From an uncultured Aquimarina sp. (GTDB taxonomy: Bacteria > Bacteroidota > Bacteroidia > Flavobacteriales > Flavobacteriaceae): 64,000 nt of DNA. The translations under genes and the position numbers were made by a program. Of the stretch, positions 10,310 through 20,181 are shown in pieces. The DNA is taken from the NCBI GenBank assembly GCA_947493035.1, contig CANLOW010000003.1, positions 345,193 through 409,192 on the forward strand, in the 5' to 3' direction. The notes beneath the pieces are model-generated. The model was given only the letters and a program-made list of their open reading frames with translations, was not told where the DNA came from and did not search any database. Position 1 is the stretch's first letter, and every line of letters starts with the position of its first letter.

Positions 10310-12844
10310 TTGAAACAACTACTCACGTCAATATATTTTTACTTTTTTGCCGCAGCTATTATTGGTCAAACAAGCCAACTAAAAGGTATTGTATTAAACG
10401 AACAAAAACAACCTGTTGAGTTAGCCGAAGTAACCTATGGTACCAAAGGTACCCAAACAGATAAAGATGGTTTCTACTTATTAGAAATCCCTTCGAATAC
10501 GGAGACTACAGTTCAATTTCAACATTTAGGTCTTAAATCTGTTACCATTAAAGTAAACCTTAAACCTAATCAACAATTAGAGTTTAACCCGATTTTAAAA
10601 GCTGATATTGAACAAATTCAAGAAGTTGTCATTACGGCTGCAAATAAAAATGATATAGAAGGCATTGTAAATCTTGATCCTAAAACGATTAGAAACACAC
10701 CTTCTGCAAACGCAGGTGTCGAAAGCTTACTAAAAACACTTCCAGGTGTTAGTAGTAATAATGAATTAAGTACACAGTACAATGTACGTGGGGGTAACTT
10801 TGATGAAAACCTTGTTTATGTCAATGAAATAGAAGTATACAGACCATTCTTAGTACGCTCGGGACAACAAGAAGGCTTAAGTTTTGTAAATACACAATTA
10901 GTAGATAATGTAGCTTTTTCTGCAGGGGGATTTCAAGCAAAATATGGAGATAAATTATCTTCTGTTTTAGATATTACATACCGTAGGCCTAAAAAAATAG
11001 GGGCAACATTAGAAGCTAGCCTTCTTGGAGGAGCTTTATCTTTAGAAGGCATTTCAAAAGATGCTAACACTTCTGGGATTCTTGGCATGCGTTATCGCGA
11101 TAATAAATTATTGGTCGATGCGCGGGATACCGAAAGTAACTTCCGCCCTATTTTTGCAGATATACAAGGGTATTTCGCTCACAATTTTTCTTCCAAATTC
11201 GAATTGAGTTTTTTAGGAAATGTAGCTATTAATGATTACCGATTTGAACCTTTAACAAGAAGAACTAATTTCGGAACTTTCGATAGTCCTCGCGAGTTAT
11301 CAGTTGTCTTCAATGGAAAAGAAGAAACTAACTATCAAACATTATTTGGTGCTTTAAAAGGTACTTACAAACCAAACAAGGATTTAAGTCTTCGTTTTAT
11401 TGGTTCGCTTTTCCACACCCAAGAAGAAGAGTTTTTCGATATCCTAGGTCAATATCTAGTTGGACAAACAAATAACGCTATTGGAAGTGATGATTTTGGC
11501 GAAATACAAACTATTGAAGGAGTTGGCGGCCAATTATTAAGTGGGCGTAATACGTTAGATGCTTTAATATTTAATCTTCAACACAAAGGGACTTGGAAAC
11601 AAAATAATAATCAATTTGACTGGGGAATAAAATATACTCTAGAAGACTTTAGGGATCGTGTACGAGAATTTGAATTTGCAGATAATGCAGGTCGATTCGT
11701 TAACCCTATCGGGTTTGATGATTTTATCGATCCTTCACCTAACAATCCTACTGACGACCGAACAGATCAACGTATTGTTCCTTTATACAATGTAAATGCT
11801 AAAAACGAAACACAGATTAATCGTATTTCAGGGTTTGGACAATGGAGCAAAAAGACCTTCATAGGAGATCATCAAGTATGGTTAAACGCTGGATTACGTT
11901 TCCATAACTGGACTGTTTCAGGCAAAAACACCAATCAAAATTTTGATAATGTTTCTAAAATAGTATTTAGTCCTCGTGCACAATTCGCCATAAAGCCGAA
12001 CTGGAAAAACAAAGACATGTTATTCCGTTTTTCTACTGGTTTGTATTATCAACCTCCTTTTTATCGTGAATTAAGAAACTTTAATAATACTACGGTTTCT
12101 AATACAGCCAATTTTGTTCCTAATGGTCAAGTGGTTCCTACGGTAGATGCACAACGCTCTTTTCATATTTCTTTAGGAAATGAATACAGTTTAAAGATTT
12201 GGGATCGTCCATTTAAAATGACTTCCGAAATTTATTACAAAAAACTAAACGATGTAAACACCTACTCTCTTGAAAATGTTCGTATACGCTACAGAGCGAA
12301 CAATAATGCCGAAGCTTTTGCCTACGGATTAGATTTCCGATTAAATGGTGAATTCGTTCCTGGTATTGAATCTTGGCTAAGTGTTGGTTATTTAAACACT
12401 CAAGAAAATCAAGACAATCGTGGTTATATAAGCCGTCCTACAGATCAACGATTTAAATTTGCTATGCTATTTCAGGATTACGTAAAGAAAATACCTAATC
12501 TACGTGCTTATTTGAACTTGGTATATCAAACAGGTTTACCAGGTGGATCTCCTAGTTTTTCTGATCCTTATGATTTCCAAACTAGATTACCCGATTTTAA
12601 ACGTGTCGATCTTGGTACTTTTTACACGATCGTAGATCGAAATAAAAACAAGAAAGCAAAAACATTGAAGTTTTTAAATAGTTTTGAAAGTTTTGATATT
12701 GGTTTTGAAATCTATAATATCTTCAATTTCAGAAATGCTATTTCTAATACATTCATTCGTGACGCTAATAGCTTAGGACAATTTGCAATTCCTAATTTCC
12801 TTACTCAACGTGTATTGAATGTTAAATTGAGAATGAGTCTTTAA
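10310..12844 (+). CDS. TonB-dependent receptor (CarboxypepD_reg-like domain + plug + barrel)
   Basis: YNVRGGNFDENLVYVNEIE plug, GGFQAKYGDKLSSVLDI; in-frame TTG at 10310 avoids the overlap with M23 that the track start (10238) creates. Confidence 0.85.
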   Translation: MKQLLTSIYFYFFAAAIIGQTSQLKGIVLNEQKQPVELAEVTYGTKGTQTDKDGFYLLEIPSNTETTVQFQHLGLKSVTIKVNLKPNQQLEFNPILKADIEQIQEVVITAANKNDIEGIVNLDPKTIRNTPSANAGVESLLKTLPGVSSNNELSTQYNVRGGNFDENLVYVNEIEVYRPFLVRSGQQEGLSFVNTQLVDNVAFSAGGFQAKYGDKLSSVLDITYRRPKKIGATLEASLLGGALSLEGISKDANTSGILGMRYRDNKLLVDARDTESNFRPIFADIQGYFAHNFSSKFELSFLGNVAINDYRFEPLTRRTNFGTFDSPRELSVVFNGKEETNYQTLFGALKGTYKPNKDLSLRFIGSLFHTQEEEFFDILGQYLVGQTNNAIGSDDFGEIQTIEGVGGQLLSGRNTLDALIFNLQHKGTWKQNNNQFDWGIKYTLEDFRDRVREFEFADNAGRFVNPIGFDDFIDPSPNNPTDDRTDQRIVPLYNVNAKNETQINRISGFGQWSKKTFIGDHQVWLNAGLRFHNWTVSGKNTNQNFDNVSKIVFSPRAQFAIKPNWKNKDMLFRFSTGLYYQPPFYRELRNFNNTTVSNTANFVPNGQVVPTVDAQRSFHISLGNEYSLKIWDRPFKMTSEIYYKKLNDVNTYSLENVRIRYRANNNAEAFAYGLDFRLNGEFVPGIESWLSVGYLNTQENQDNRGYISRPTDQRFKFAMLFQDYVKKIPNLRAYLNLVYQTGLPGGSPSFSDPYDFQTRLPDFKRVDLGTFYTIVDRNKNKKAKTLKFLNSFESFDIGFEIYNIFNFRNAISNTFIRDANSLGQFAIPNFLTQRVLNVKLRMSL

Positions 12845-12869
12845 TACATCTTAATTATCTATAATTCCT

Positions 12870-13577
12870 ATGAAACTCTCTATTAAAACAATTTTCTTTT
12901 TTTTGATCTTGAGCTCTTCAATATTAGCGCAAGACAAGAAAGTTAATTTTGAATTTTCTATTGGACCAACAATATCTTTACCAAAAACACAAGAAAACTC
13001 CGCTAATTTTAATACCTCAACTGATACTAAAACAAACATTGGTTTCTTTGGGCAAGCTGGAATTCGTTTGTTTTTAAATGAAAAAACCTCAATGAATACT
13101 GGTATAGGGTATTATTTAGATCGGTTTTCTGTAGAATTTAGCAATCCTGACTCTCCAGTAAAGAACTGGAGAAGAAATATCCATCAATTTCAAATACCAA
13201 TTGGATTCGATTATCATTTCGGGATAAACAAAAGCTTTTCAGTAGGACTCGGCGGATTTGTAAATTTCACCTTATCTGCAAATGAAAAAGGAGAAATTGA
13301 TTTCCCATCAAATGAAGATCGCAACTTTCTAACGAATGCTGATTTTGATAACGAAATTAAAGATCGCTACAATACAATAAACTTCGGAGCATTCCTTATT
13401 TTAAGAAAAGAATTTCAATTAACACAAAATCTAGATGGGTTTGTATTATTAAAAGTCAACCAATATATTAACTCTATTCAATCCATTGACATTAGAGACA
13501 TGTCTGGTACAAGTATTGGTAATCAACAACCTAAAGACCCTACGGTTGTAAATATTGGTTTTGGAATACAACTTTAA
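12870..13577 (+). CDS. Outer-membrane beta-barrel (PorT/porin-like) protein
   Basis: Signal peptide, FQIPIGFDYHF, terminal VNIGFGIQL strand. Confidence 0.65.
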   Translation: MKLSIKTIFFFLILSSSILAQDKKVNFEFSIGPTISLPKTQENSANFNTSTDTKTNIGFFGQAGIRLFLNEKTSMNTGIGYYLDRFSVEFSNPDSPVKNWRRNIHQFQIPIGFDYHFGINKSFSVGLGGFVNFTLSANEKGEIDFPSNEDRNFLTNADFDNEIKDRYNTINFGAFLILRKEFQLTQNLDGFVLLKVNQYINSIQSIDIRDMSGTSIGNQQPKDPTVVNIGFGIQL

Positions 13578-13610
13578 CACCCCTTAACAATTGCCTTTTT
13601 TATCAAGCTG

Positions 13611-13618
13611 TACTTTTG
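13611..13618 (+). promoter_or_regulatory. Promoter -7 element
   Basis: TACTTTTG with TTG about 17 nt upstream; 16 nt before the ATG at 13635. Confidence 0.55.
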
Positions 13619-13634
13619 TTAAAAACCTACATTT

Positions 13635-14045
13635 ATGCCGAAAAAACCTGACAATGTCAAGTTTAATGAAGAATTGCAAAGCTACGATGCCAGTATAACA
13701 CCCTACCCTACTAATTTAGGAGCACCACGCATTGAAATTGATGATATTTCTAATTGGAAAAACAAAACACTTAGTAAAGTGAATCATCAACTAGAAGCTA
13801 ATTTTGAAGCTCTAAAAAAGGAGTATCAGTCTTTGATGAATCAATACGAAGACAATAAACTTATTTTTGAAGCCAAGTTTAGCTTTGAACCTATCGTTGG
13901 TAAAGATTACTACTTATACAAGAAAGAAGACAATAGTACATTTCTATCAATTCTTAAACCAGAAGAATGTCGCTTTGAATTCTTAGGAGCTTTCCTTTTG
14001 AATGCTAGTCAAGTTTGGGAAAGGGTTAATTTGGTTGATGGTTGA
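13635..14045 (+). CDS. DUF2452-like protein
   Basis: KKPDNV, PYPTNLGAP, AKFSFEPIVGKDYYLY motifs. Confidence 0.7.
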   Translation: MPKKPDNVKFNEELQSYDASITPYPTNLGAPRIEIDDISNWKNKTLSKVNHQLEANFEALKKEYQSLMNQYEDNKLIFEAKFSFEPIVGKDYYLYKKEDNSTFLSILKPEECRFEFLGAFLLNASQVWERVNLVDG

Positions 14046-14146
14046 TGGTTGATGGTTGGCAAAATTATTTTTTTTGTATTAAAATCAAAAAACAAGTCTT
14101 TTATTATGAAGATTAGAATAAAATTACTGATAACAGATAACTAACT
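14033..14146. repeat. Inverted heptamer-repeat arms between convergent genes
   Basis: GGTTGAT x3 + GGTTGGC at 14033-14060; ACTGATA ACAGATA ACTAACT at 14126-14146 (reverse complement is AGTTATC-type). Confidence 0.7.
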
Positions 14147-14152
14147 AAAAGG

Positions 14153-14656
14153 CTACCTCTTCGAATACAATACCGAGGTAATCACATCCAAACTCAGTGT
14201 TTTATTTTCACTAAAGTTATACGAGTACAATACTTGCCCCCAGTATACACCATCTGTAATATCAGCAATAGCCCATTTATGATTTAACAGTTTTACACGA
14301 TCTACTTTCATAGTACCTTCCATACCAACAAAAGGCACTAAAGGGTTATCTTCTTCTGCGTTATTAGATTCAATTAACGTATCCATCACTAGAGATTCTA
14401 TTTGCGCTACGGTATATCCTTGATCTTCCCAATATTCTTTAGCATAATCATCGAAGCGGATATCGAAATAGCTCAATTCTAAAGCTTCGTTTTCAAGAGA
14501 ATCTTTTTCTACTTTTAACACTTCAACTTTGGACTTTAGCTTTTCCATTTTTAATTCATCGGTAGCAAATTTTTTCTTTGCATTTACTTGCTGAAAAATG
14601 ATATATAAAATCGCTAATGCGAAAAAATAAATAAATAGTTTACTGAAATTCTTCAT
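14153..14656 (-). CDS. Membrane-anchored hypothetical protein
   Basis: N-terminal TM helix, coiled coil, LLNHKWAIADITDGVYWG; co-oriented with the MBL hydrolase. Confidence 0.7.
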   Translation of the reverse strand: MKNFSKLFIYFFALAILYIIFQQVNAKKKFATDELKMEKLKSKVEVLKVEKDSLENEALELSYFDIRFDDYAKEYWEDQGYTVAQIESLVMDTLIESNNAEEDNPLVPFVGMEGTMKVDRVKLLNHKWAIADITDGVYWGQVLYSYNFSENKTLSLDVITSVLYSKR

Positions 14657-14660
14657 CTCT

Positions 14661-15437
14661 TTATAATTCTAATGCTAAACCATCATATGCTAAGTGTACA
14701 TTATCTGGTAATTGGGCTTCCACTTCATCATGAAAACCTAATAAATGACTGACATGTGTTAAATATGCCTTCTTTGGATTTACTTTCTTTATAAAATCTA
14801 GCGCTTCCTTTAGGGTAAAATGTGTATAATGCTGCTCAATTCGCAGTGCATTAATTACCAACACATCTAAATTTTCAAAATACTTCAAAGAAGCTTCTGG
14901 TACCGTTTTTACATCTGTGCAGTACATTAAATTTTCAACCTTAAACCCCACAATAGGTAACCGACCATGCATCACACGAATAGGAATAATTTCCTTTCCT
15001 CCTAAATGTATCTTTTCTGCTTCTTTAATAACATTTCTAACTACGTTTGGAGTACCTGGGTACAGACTATCTGATTCTAATATATACTGAAAACGCTTAA
15101 CAAGTGCCTCTAACACTCTCTCTTCAGCATAAATAGGGATATCTACTCGATCTCTATAAAAAAAAGGACGAATATCATCTAGACCTATAATGTGATCGGT
15201 GTGCTCGTGGGTATACAAAACGCCAGACAGCGTAGATACATTTTCACGTAACATTTGTTGTCTAAAATCGGGGCCTGTATCAATCACAAAATTGAAATCT
15301 CCCCAAGATAACATAACTGAACAACGTAATCTTTTATCTTTTGGGTTCTTACTTAAACACACTGGGTGATCGCTTCCGATAATAGGAACACCTTGCGAAG
15401 TACCTGTTCCTAAAAATGTTAATTTCAGTCTTGCCAT
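14661..15437 (-). CDS. MBL-fold metallo-hydrolase, PhnP/YcfJ-like
   Basis: FLGTGTSQGVP, IDTGPDFRQQ, THEHTDHIIG, HVSH. Confidence 0.9.
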   Translation of the reverse strand: MARLKLTFLGTGTSQGVPIIGSDHPVCLSKNPKDKRLRCSVMLSWGDFNFVIDTGPDFRQQMLRENVSTLSGVLYTHEHTDHIIGLDDIRPFFYRDRVDIPIYAEERVLEALVKRFQYILESDSLYPGTPNVVRNVIKEAEKIHLGGKEIIPIRVMHGRLPIVGFKVENLMYCTDVKTVPEASLKYFENLDVLVINALRIEQHYTHFTLKEALDFIKKVNPKKAYLTHVSHLLGFHDEVEAQLPDNVHLAYDGLALEL

Positions 15438-15561
15438 CTTTTACAAATAAACGGAATTTGTAATGAAACTATCGTTAAAAAATAACATATGTAAAAAAGA
15501 ATGAAAATTTCAGTTTCCGCATATGGATGCTTAACTTTACTCTCGAACTAAAAAGAAAATT

Positions 15562-17013
15562 ATGGCGATTACTTTAGTTGGGGATACCGAATTCGATCCC
15601 GTACCATCTACGAAAAGCAAGTGTTTGCGTTTAAATTTAAATAAGAACATCTATGGAACATTTGCAGAAATCGGTGCTGGACAAGAAACGGTACGAAATT
15701 TCTTTAGAGCTGGAGGCGCTTCAGGAACTATAGCTAAAGCCATGAGTGCTTATGACAAAGCGTTTAGTGATGCTATTTATGGGATTGAAAATGATGGACG
15801 CTATGTAACCGAAGCACGTCTTCGTACTATGTTAACTAAAGAAATGGGGCACATGGAAGAGCGTATCCCAAGAGATAAAAACCCAGACAAGCTCTTTTTT
15901 AGTTATGCTAATACAGTTACTACCATTGATTTTGCCAAGAAATACAAAGGACACGGTTGGGTAGGTATTCGTTATCAAATAGAACCTAATCAAACAGAAT
16001 ATAATGAAATTGTACTGCATGTTCGATTTAATGAAAATGATGCAAGACATCAGCAAAACACCTTAGGAACTTTAGGCGTTAACTTAATTTATGGAGCTTA
16101 TTATAAATACGATAGCCCCAAAAAACTATTAAAATACCTTTACGATCATATTGACAAGGATAAGTTAGAAATTGATACGATCAACTTTTCTGGCCCTGCT
16201 TTCAAAGAAGTAGACAATCGTTTAATGAGTTTACAGTTGGTTAAAAATGGCTTTACTGAAGCCATAATGTTTAACCCTAAAGGAAATAATGTATTACCTG
16301 CCCGTATTCTTTATAAAAAGAATATCCTAGCGATTAGAGGAAGTTTTCGTCCTGTAACGCGTGTTAATATGGATATATACGAGACTGCTCTACAAATGTT
16401 TAAGAAAGAGAAGAATGTAAACCCTGATAAAATTCAGGTGATTTTTGAAATTACCCTTTCGAACTTGATGGCTGAAGGTGAAATTGATGAAAAAGACTTT
16501 TTGGATAGAGCTCGTTTATTATGCAATCTAGGGCAAACTGTGTTGATTTCGAACTTCAAAGAATACTACAAACTTGTCGAATACTTTTCTAACTACACCA
16601 AAGAACAAATGGTGCTAGCGATGGGAGTTAATAATTTGGTAGAGATTTTTAATGAAAAATATTACCGACATTTAAGTGGAGGTATACTTGAAGCTTTTGG
16701 TAAATTATTCTTTAAAGAATTAAAAGTATATATGTATCCATTAAAGGATGCAGAAACTGGTGATATTACCTACAGTGCCAATCTACGCGTTCACCCTCGA
16801 GTTAAAGAACTATATCATTTCTTCATTAATAATGGGAAATTGAAAGATATTTTAAACTTTAACCCAGATTTCATGTATATTTCTTCTCGAGAAGTTTTAG
16901 ATAAAATAAAAAATAATGAAGAAGGTTGGGAAGAAGATGTACCTGATGGAATAGCTGAAATCATCAAGAAAAAAGCCTTGTTTAAATATTCGCCTGCGGC
17001 CATAGAAAAATAA
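15562..17013 (+). CDS. CinA_C/PncC-like + nicotinate-nucleotide adenylyltransferase-like fusion protein
   Basis: N-terminus AEIGAGQ...GGASGTI...AYD resembles PncC AESCTGG...PGSS...YSN; C-terminus GSFRPVT...ISSREV...VPDGIAEIIKKKALF resembles NadD. Confidence 0.6.
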   Translation: MAITLVGDTEFDPVPSTKSKCLRLNLNKNIYGTFAEIGAGQETVRNFFRAGGASGTIAKAMSAYDKAFSDAIYGIENDGRYVTEARLRTMLTKEMGHMEERIPRDKNPDKLFFSYANTVTTIDFAKKYKGHGWVGIRYQIEPNQTEYNEIVLHVRFNENDARHQQNTLGTLGVNLIYGAYYKYDSPKKLLKYLYDHIDKDKLEIDTINFSGPAFKEVDNRLMSLQLVKNGFTEAIMFNPKGNNVLPARILYKKNILAIRGSFRPVTRVNMDIYETALQMFKKEKNVNPDKIQVIFEITLSNLMAEGEIDEKDFLDRARLLCNLGQTVLISNFKEYYKLVEYFSNYTKEQMVLAMGVNNLVEIFNEKYYRHLSGGILEAFGKLFFKELKVYMYPLKDAETGDITYSANLRVHPRVKELYHFFINNGKLKDILNFNPDFMYISSREVLDKIKNNEEGWEEDVPDGIAEIIKKKALFKYSPAAIEK

Positions 17014-17085
17014 TTAGCTTTACTTATTATTTACATAGATTTTAAAACTAAAGAAACACAAAACTCGTCTAACTAAAAAAATAAA

Positions 17086-18045
17086 ATGCTAAAAGCAGGA
17101 GTATTAGGTGCTGGTCACCTTGGTAAAATACATTTACGTTTATTACAACAATCTGAAAAATATGAATTGGTCGGTTTTTATGATGCTAACCCTGAACAAG
17201 CTCATAAAATTGTAGATGAATTTGGATATACGTACTTCAATGACATAGATGCTCTTATTGATGCCGTTGATGTTATCGATATCGTCACTCCTACTTTTGC
17301 CCACTTTGAAACCGCTAAAAAAGCGATTCAAAAAGGGAAACATGTATTTATCGAAAAACCCATCACCAATACTGTTGAAGAAGCAGAAGCTTTAATTGCT
17401 CTCTCAAACGAAAATAATGTAAAAGGGCAAGTTGGACATGTCGAACGTTTCAATCCTGCCTTTACCGCGGTTAGAGATAACATCAACAACCCAATGTTTA
17501 TTGAAACACATCGTTTAGCAGAATTCAACCCTAGAGGTACGGATGTTCCTGTAGTGCTAGATTTAATGATTCATGATATTGATGTGATTCTTAGTGTTGT
17601 GAATTCTGAAGTAAAATCAATTCGTTCTAGTGGTGTTTCTGTGATTAGTGAAACGCCAGATATTGCTAATGCACGTATTGAATTTGAAAATGGCTGTGTA
17701 GCAAACCTTACTTCCAGTCGTATTTCCTTAAAGAACATGCGTAAGTCTCGTTTCTTTCAAAAAGACGCTTATATCTCTATAGATTTCTTAGAGAAGAAGT
17801 GCGAAGTTGTAAAAATGAAAGACGCCCCTGAAAGTCCTGGAGATTTCGATATGATTCTTCAAAATGCTGAAGGGATAAAAAAACAAATCTATTTCGATAA
17901 TCCCTCAATAGAAGGCAACAATGCTATTTTGGATGAATTGGATACTTTTGCCGATGCGATCCAAAACAATACTACTCCGATCGTGAGCCTTCATGACGGT
18001 ACTAAAGCACTAAAAGTAGCTTTAAGTATTATTGAAAATTTCTAG
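17086..18045 (+). CDS. Gfo/Idh/MocA family oxidoreductase
   Basis: GVLGAGHLG, FIEKP, GHVERFNPA, DLMIHDID. Confidence 0.92.
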   Translation: MLKAGVLGAGHLGKIHLRLLQQSEKYELVGFYDANPEQAHKIVDEFGYTYFNDIDALIDAVDVIDIVTPTFAHFETAKKAIQKGKHVFIEKPITNTVEEAEALIALSNENNVKGQVGHVERFNPAFTAVRDNINNPMFIETHRLAEFNPRGTDVPVVLDLMIHDIDVILSVVNSEVKSIRSSGVSVISETPDIANARIEFENGCVANLTSSRISLKNMRKSRFFQKDAYISIDFLEKKCEVVKMKDAPESPGDFDMILQNAEGIKKQIYFDNPSIEGNNAILDELDTFADAIQNNTTPIVSLHDGTKALKVALSIIENF

Positions 18046-18048
18046 AGC

Positions 18049-18717
18049 ATGTCTATCCAAACCAATTTAGAGACTTTAAAAAACAAGTTAACTGAGGAAG
18101 TAACCCTTGTCGCTGTTTCTAAAACCAAACCAATAGCTGACTTACAGGAAGCTTACCAAGCTGGTCAACGGATTTTTGGAGAAAATAAAATCCAAGAAAT
18201 GACCAACAAATGGGAAGCACTACCCAAAGATATTGAATGGCATATGATTGGGCATATACAAACCAATAAGGTAAAGTATATGGCTCCATATGTTAATTTG
18301 ATTCATGCTGTAGATAGTTTAAAACTATTGAAAGAAATCAATAAACAAGCGGCAAAAAATGACAGAATTATCCATTGCCTCTTGCAACTTAAAATAGCTA
18401 AAGAGGAAAGTAAATTTGGACTGAGCAAAGAAGATTTAGAAGAAATTATTGCTTTAGAGGCATTTAAAAATTTTGAAAATATTAAAGTCGTTGGGTTAAT
18501 GGGCATGGCATCATTTACCGATGACGAGAAACAAGTAAGAGAAGAGTTTTCAACGCTAAAAAATCTTTTCGATCAATTAAAAAATATACAAACTTTTAAT
18601 TTCGAACTTCAAACATTGTCTATGGGCATGAGTGGTGACTACCCTATCGCTATCGAATGTGGAAGCAATATGATTCGAGTAGGAAGCGCTATTTTTGGAG
18701 CAAGAAATTATATATAA
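18049..18717 (+). CDS. yggS: PLP homeostasis protein YggS/PLPBP
   Basis: LVAVSKTK, FGENKIQE, WHMIGHIQTNK, LSMGMSGDY, MIRVGSAIFG. Confidence 0.96.
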   Translation: MSIQTNLETLKNKLTEEVTLVAVSKTKPIADLQEAYQAGQRIFGENKIQEMTNKWEALPKDIEWHMIGHIQTNKVKYMAPYVNLIHAVDSLKLLKEINKQAAKNDRIIHCLLQLKIAKEESKFGLSKEDLEEIIALEAFKNFENIKVVGLMGMASFTDDEKQVREEFSTLKNLFDQLKNIQTFNFELQTLSMGMSGDYPIAIECGSNMIRVGSAIFGARNYI

Positions 18718-18718
18718 T

Positions 18719-18803
18719 AGTTATGAGTTACCAGTTATCAGTTGTGAGCAATATGCCCTATCAACTAACAATTCGTAACTCATAGCTGACAACTCACAAC
18801 TAA
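18719..18803. repeat. Inverted heptamer-repeat element (5 + 6 units)
   Basis: AGTTATG AGTTACC AGTTATC AGTTGTG AGCAATA (18719-18753), then CAACTAA CAATTCG TAACTCA TAGCTGA CAACTCA CAACTAA (18762-18803). Confidence 0.85.
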
Positions 18804-18811
18804 GAAAAGAA

Positions 18812-20176
18812 TTGTACGCAATATTAGACATAGAAAGCACCGGAGGGAAATTTAATGAAGAAGGAATTACTGAAATTGCTATTTACAAATTTGATGGTGA
18901 AAAAGTTGTAGATCAGTTTATCAGTTTAGTGAATCCAGAACGCCCAATACAGGAATTTGTCGTTAAACTTACAGGGATTACTAATAAAATGTTACGTACT
19001 GCTCCTAAGTTTTACGAAGTCGCTAAACGTATTGTAGAAATTACCGAAGGATGTATTGTTGTAGCCCATAATGCAAGTTTTGATTACCGTATTTTAGGCA
19101 CTGAATTTAATCGACTAGGATATAAATTCGAACGAAAAACGATTTGTACTGTAGAGCTTTCTCAAAAATTATTACCTAAACAACCTTCTCATAGCTTAGG
19201 TAAATTAGTACGTTCACTTGGTATTCCTGTAGCAGATAGACATAGAGCTAATGGGGATGCTATGGCTACAGTAGCACTTTTTAAAGTATTATTAGCCAAG
19301 GATCTTCAAAAAGAAATCGTTTCTACTTTTGTAAAGGATCTCAACATCAAACTGAACACCAAGCTACATCAGATTGTAAGTGATTTACCCACTAAAACAG
19401 GAGTCTATTATTTTTATAATGAAGCTGGAGATATCATATATATTGGAAAAAGCAATAATATCAAAAAGAGAGTAAATCAACATTTTACTAGTAATGCTAA
19501 TAAAGCCAAAGCTATCCAAAAAGATATTGATCGAGTAACTTTTGAAATTACAGGATCGGAAATGATCGCATTGTTACTTGAAAATGAAGAAATAAAGCGT
19601 CATAAACCTAAATACAACAAAGCATTAAAACGTAATATTTTCACTCATGCCCTCTACCCTATCACAGATGATTATGGCTATATTCACTTGAAACTATTAA
19701 AAGCTGATGGTCGCAAAAAACACATCACAACATTTAGTAGTAAAGATTCAGGCAAGAATTTTTTAAGACGTATTAGTGAACAACATGGACTTTGCGAAAA
19801 ATATACTGGGATATACACAGGGAAAGGAAATTGTTTTAAATACGATCTAAAAGATTGTGCTGGCGCTTGTAAAGGTGAAGAATCTTACGAAGAATACAAC
19901 ACTCGAATTAGAGAAATCATCGACAAATACTCGCTAAGAGAAAAAAATACGCTAATCATTGATCGCGGAAGAACCGTAGATGAAAAGAGCCTCGTATTGA
20001 TTGAGAATAGTATTTTTAAAGGATATGCCTTTTTTAAATTAAATCATCAAATATCTAGCCGTTCTATTCTTGATGCCATTCTAGTTCCTATGCACGACAA
20101 TAGAGACGCACAACATATCATTCAGACTCAGTTACGAAAAAATCGTAAATTGAAATTCAGAGAAATTCCAAACTAA
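18812..20176 (+). CDS. DNA polymerase III epsilon-like 3'-5' exonuclease fused to a GIY-YIG (UvrC-like) domain
   Basis: ILDIESTG, VAHNASFD, HRANGDA; GVYYFY...IYIGKS; TTG start. Confidence 0.9.
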   Translation: MYAILDIESTGGKFNEEGITEIAIYKFDGEKVVDQFISLVNPERPIQEFVVKLTGITNKMLRTAPKFYEVAKRIVEITEGCIVVAHNASFDYRILGTEFNRLGYKFERKTICTVELSQKLLPKQPSHSLGKLVRSLGIPVADRHRANGDAMATVALFKVLLAKDLQKEIVSTFVKDLNIKLNTKLHQIVSDLPTKTGVYYFYNEAGDIIYIGKSNNIKKRVNQHFTSNANKAKAIQKDIDRVTFEITGSEMIALLLENEEIKRHKPKYNKALKRNIFTHALYPITDDYGYIHLKLLKADGRKKHITTFSSKDSGKNFLRRISEQHGLCEKYTGIYTGKGNCFKYDLKDCAGACKGEESYEEYNTRIREIIDKYSLREKNTLIIDRGRTVDEKSLVLIENSIFKGYAFFKLNHQISSRSILDAILVPMHDNRDAQHIIQTQLRKNRKLKFREIPN

Positions 20177-20181
20177 GAAGT

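Noticed and set aside
18719-18803. Possible CRISPR array
   Set aside because: Units are contiguous 7-mers with no spacers, and there are no cas genes
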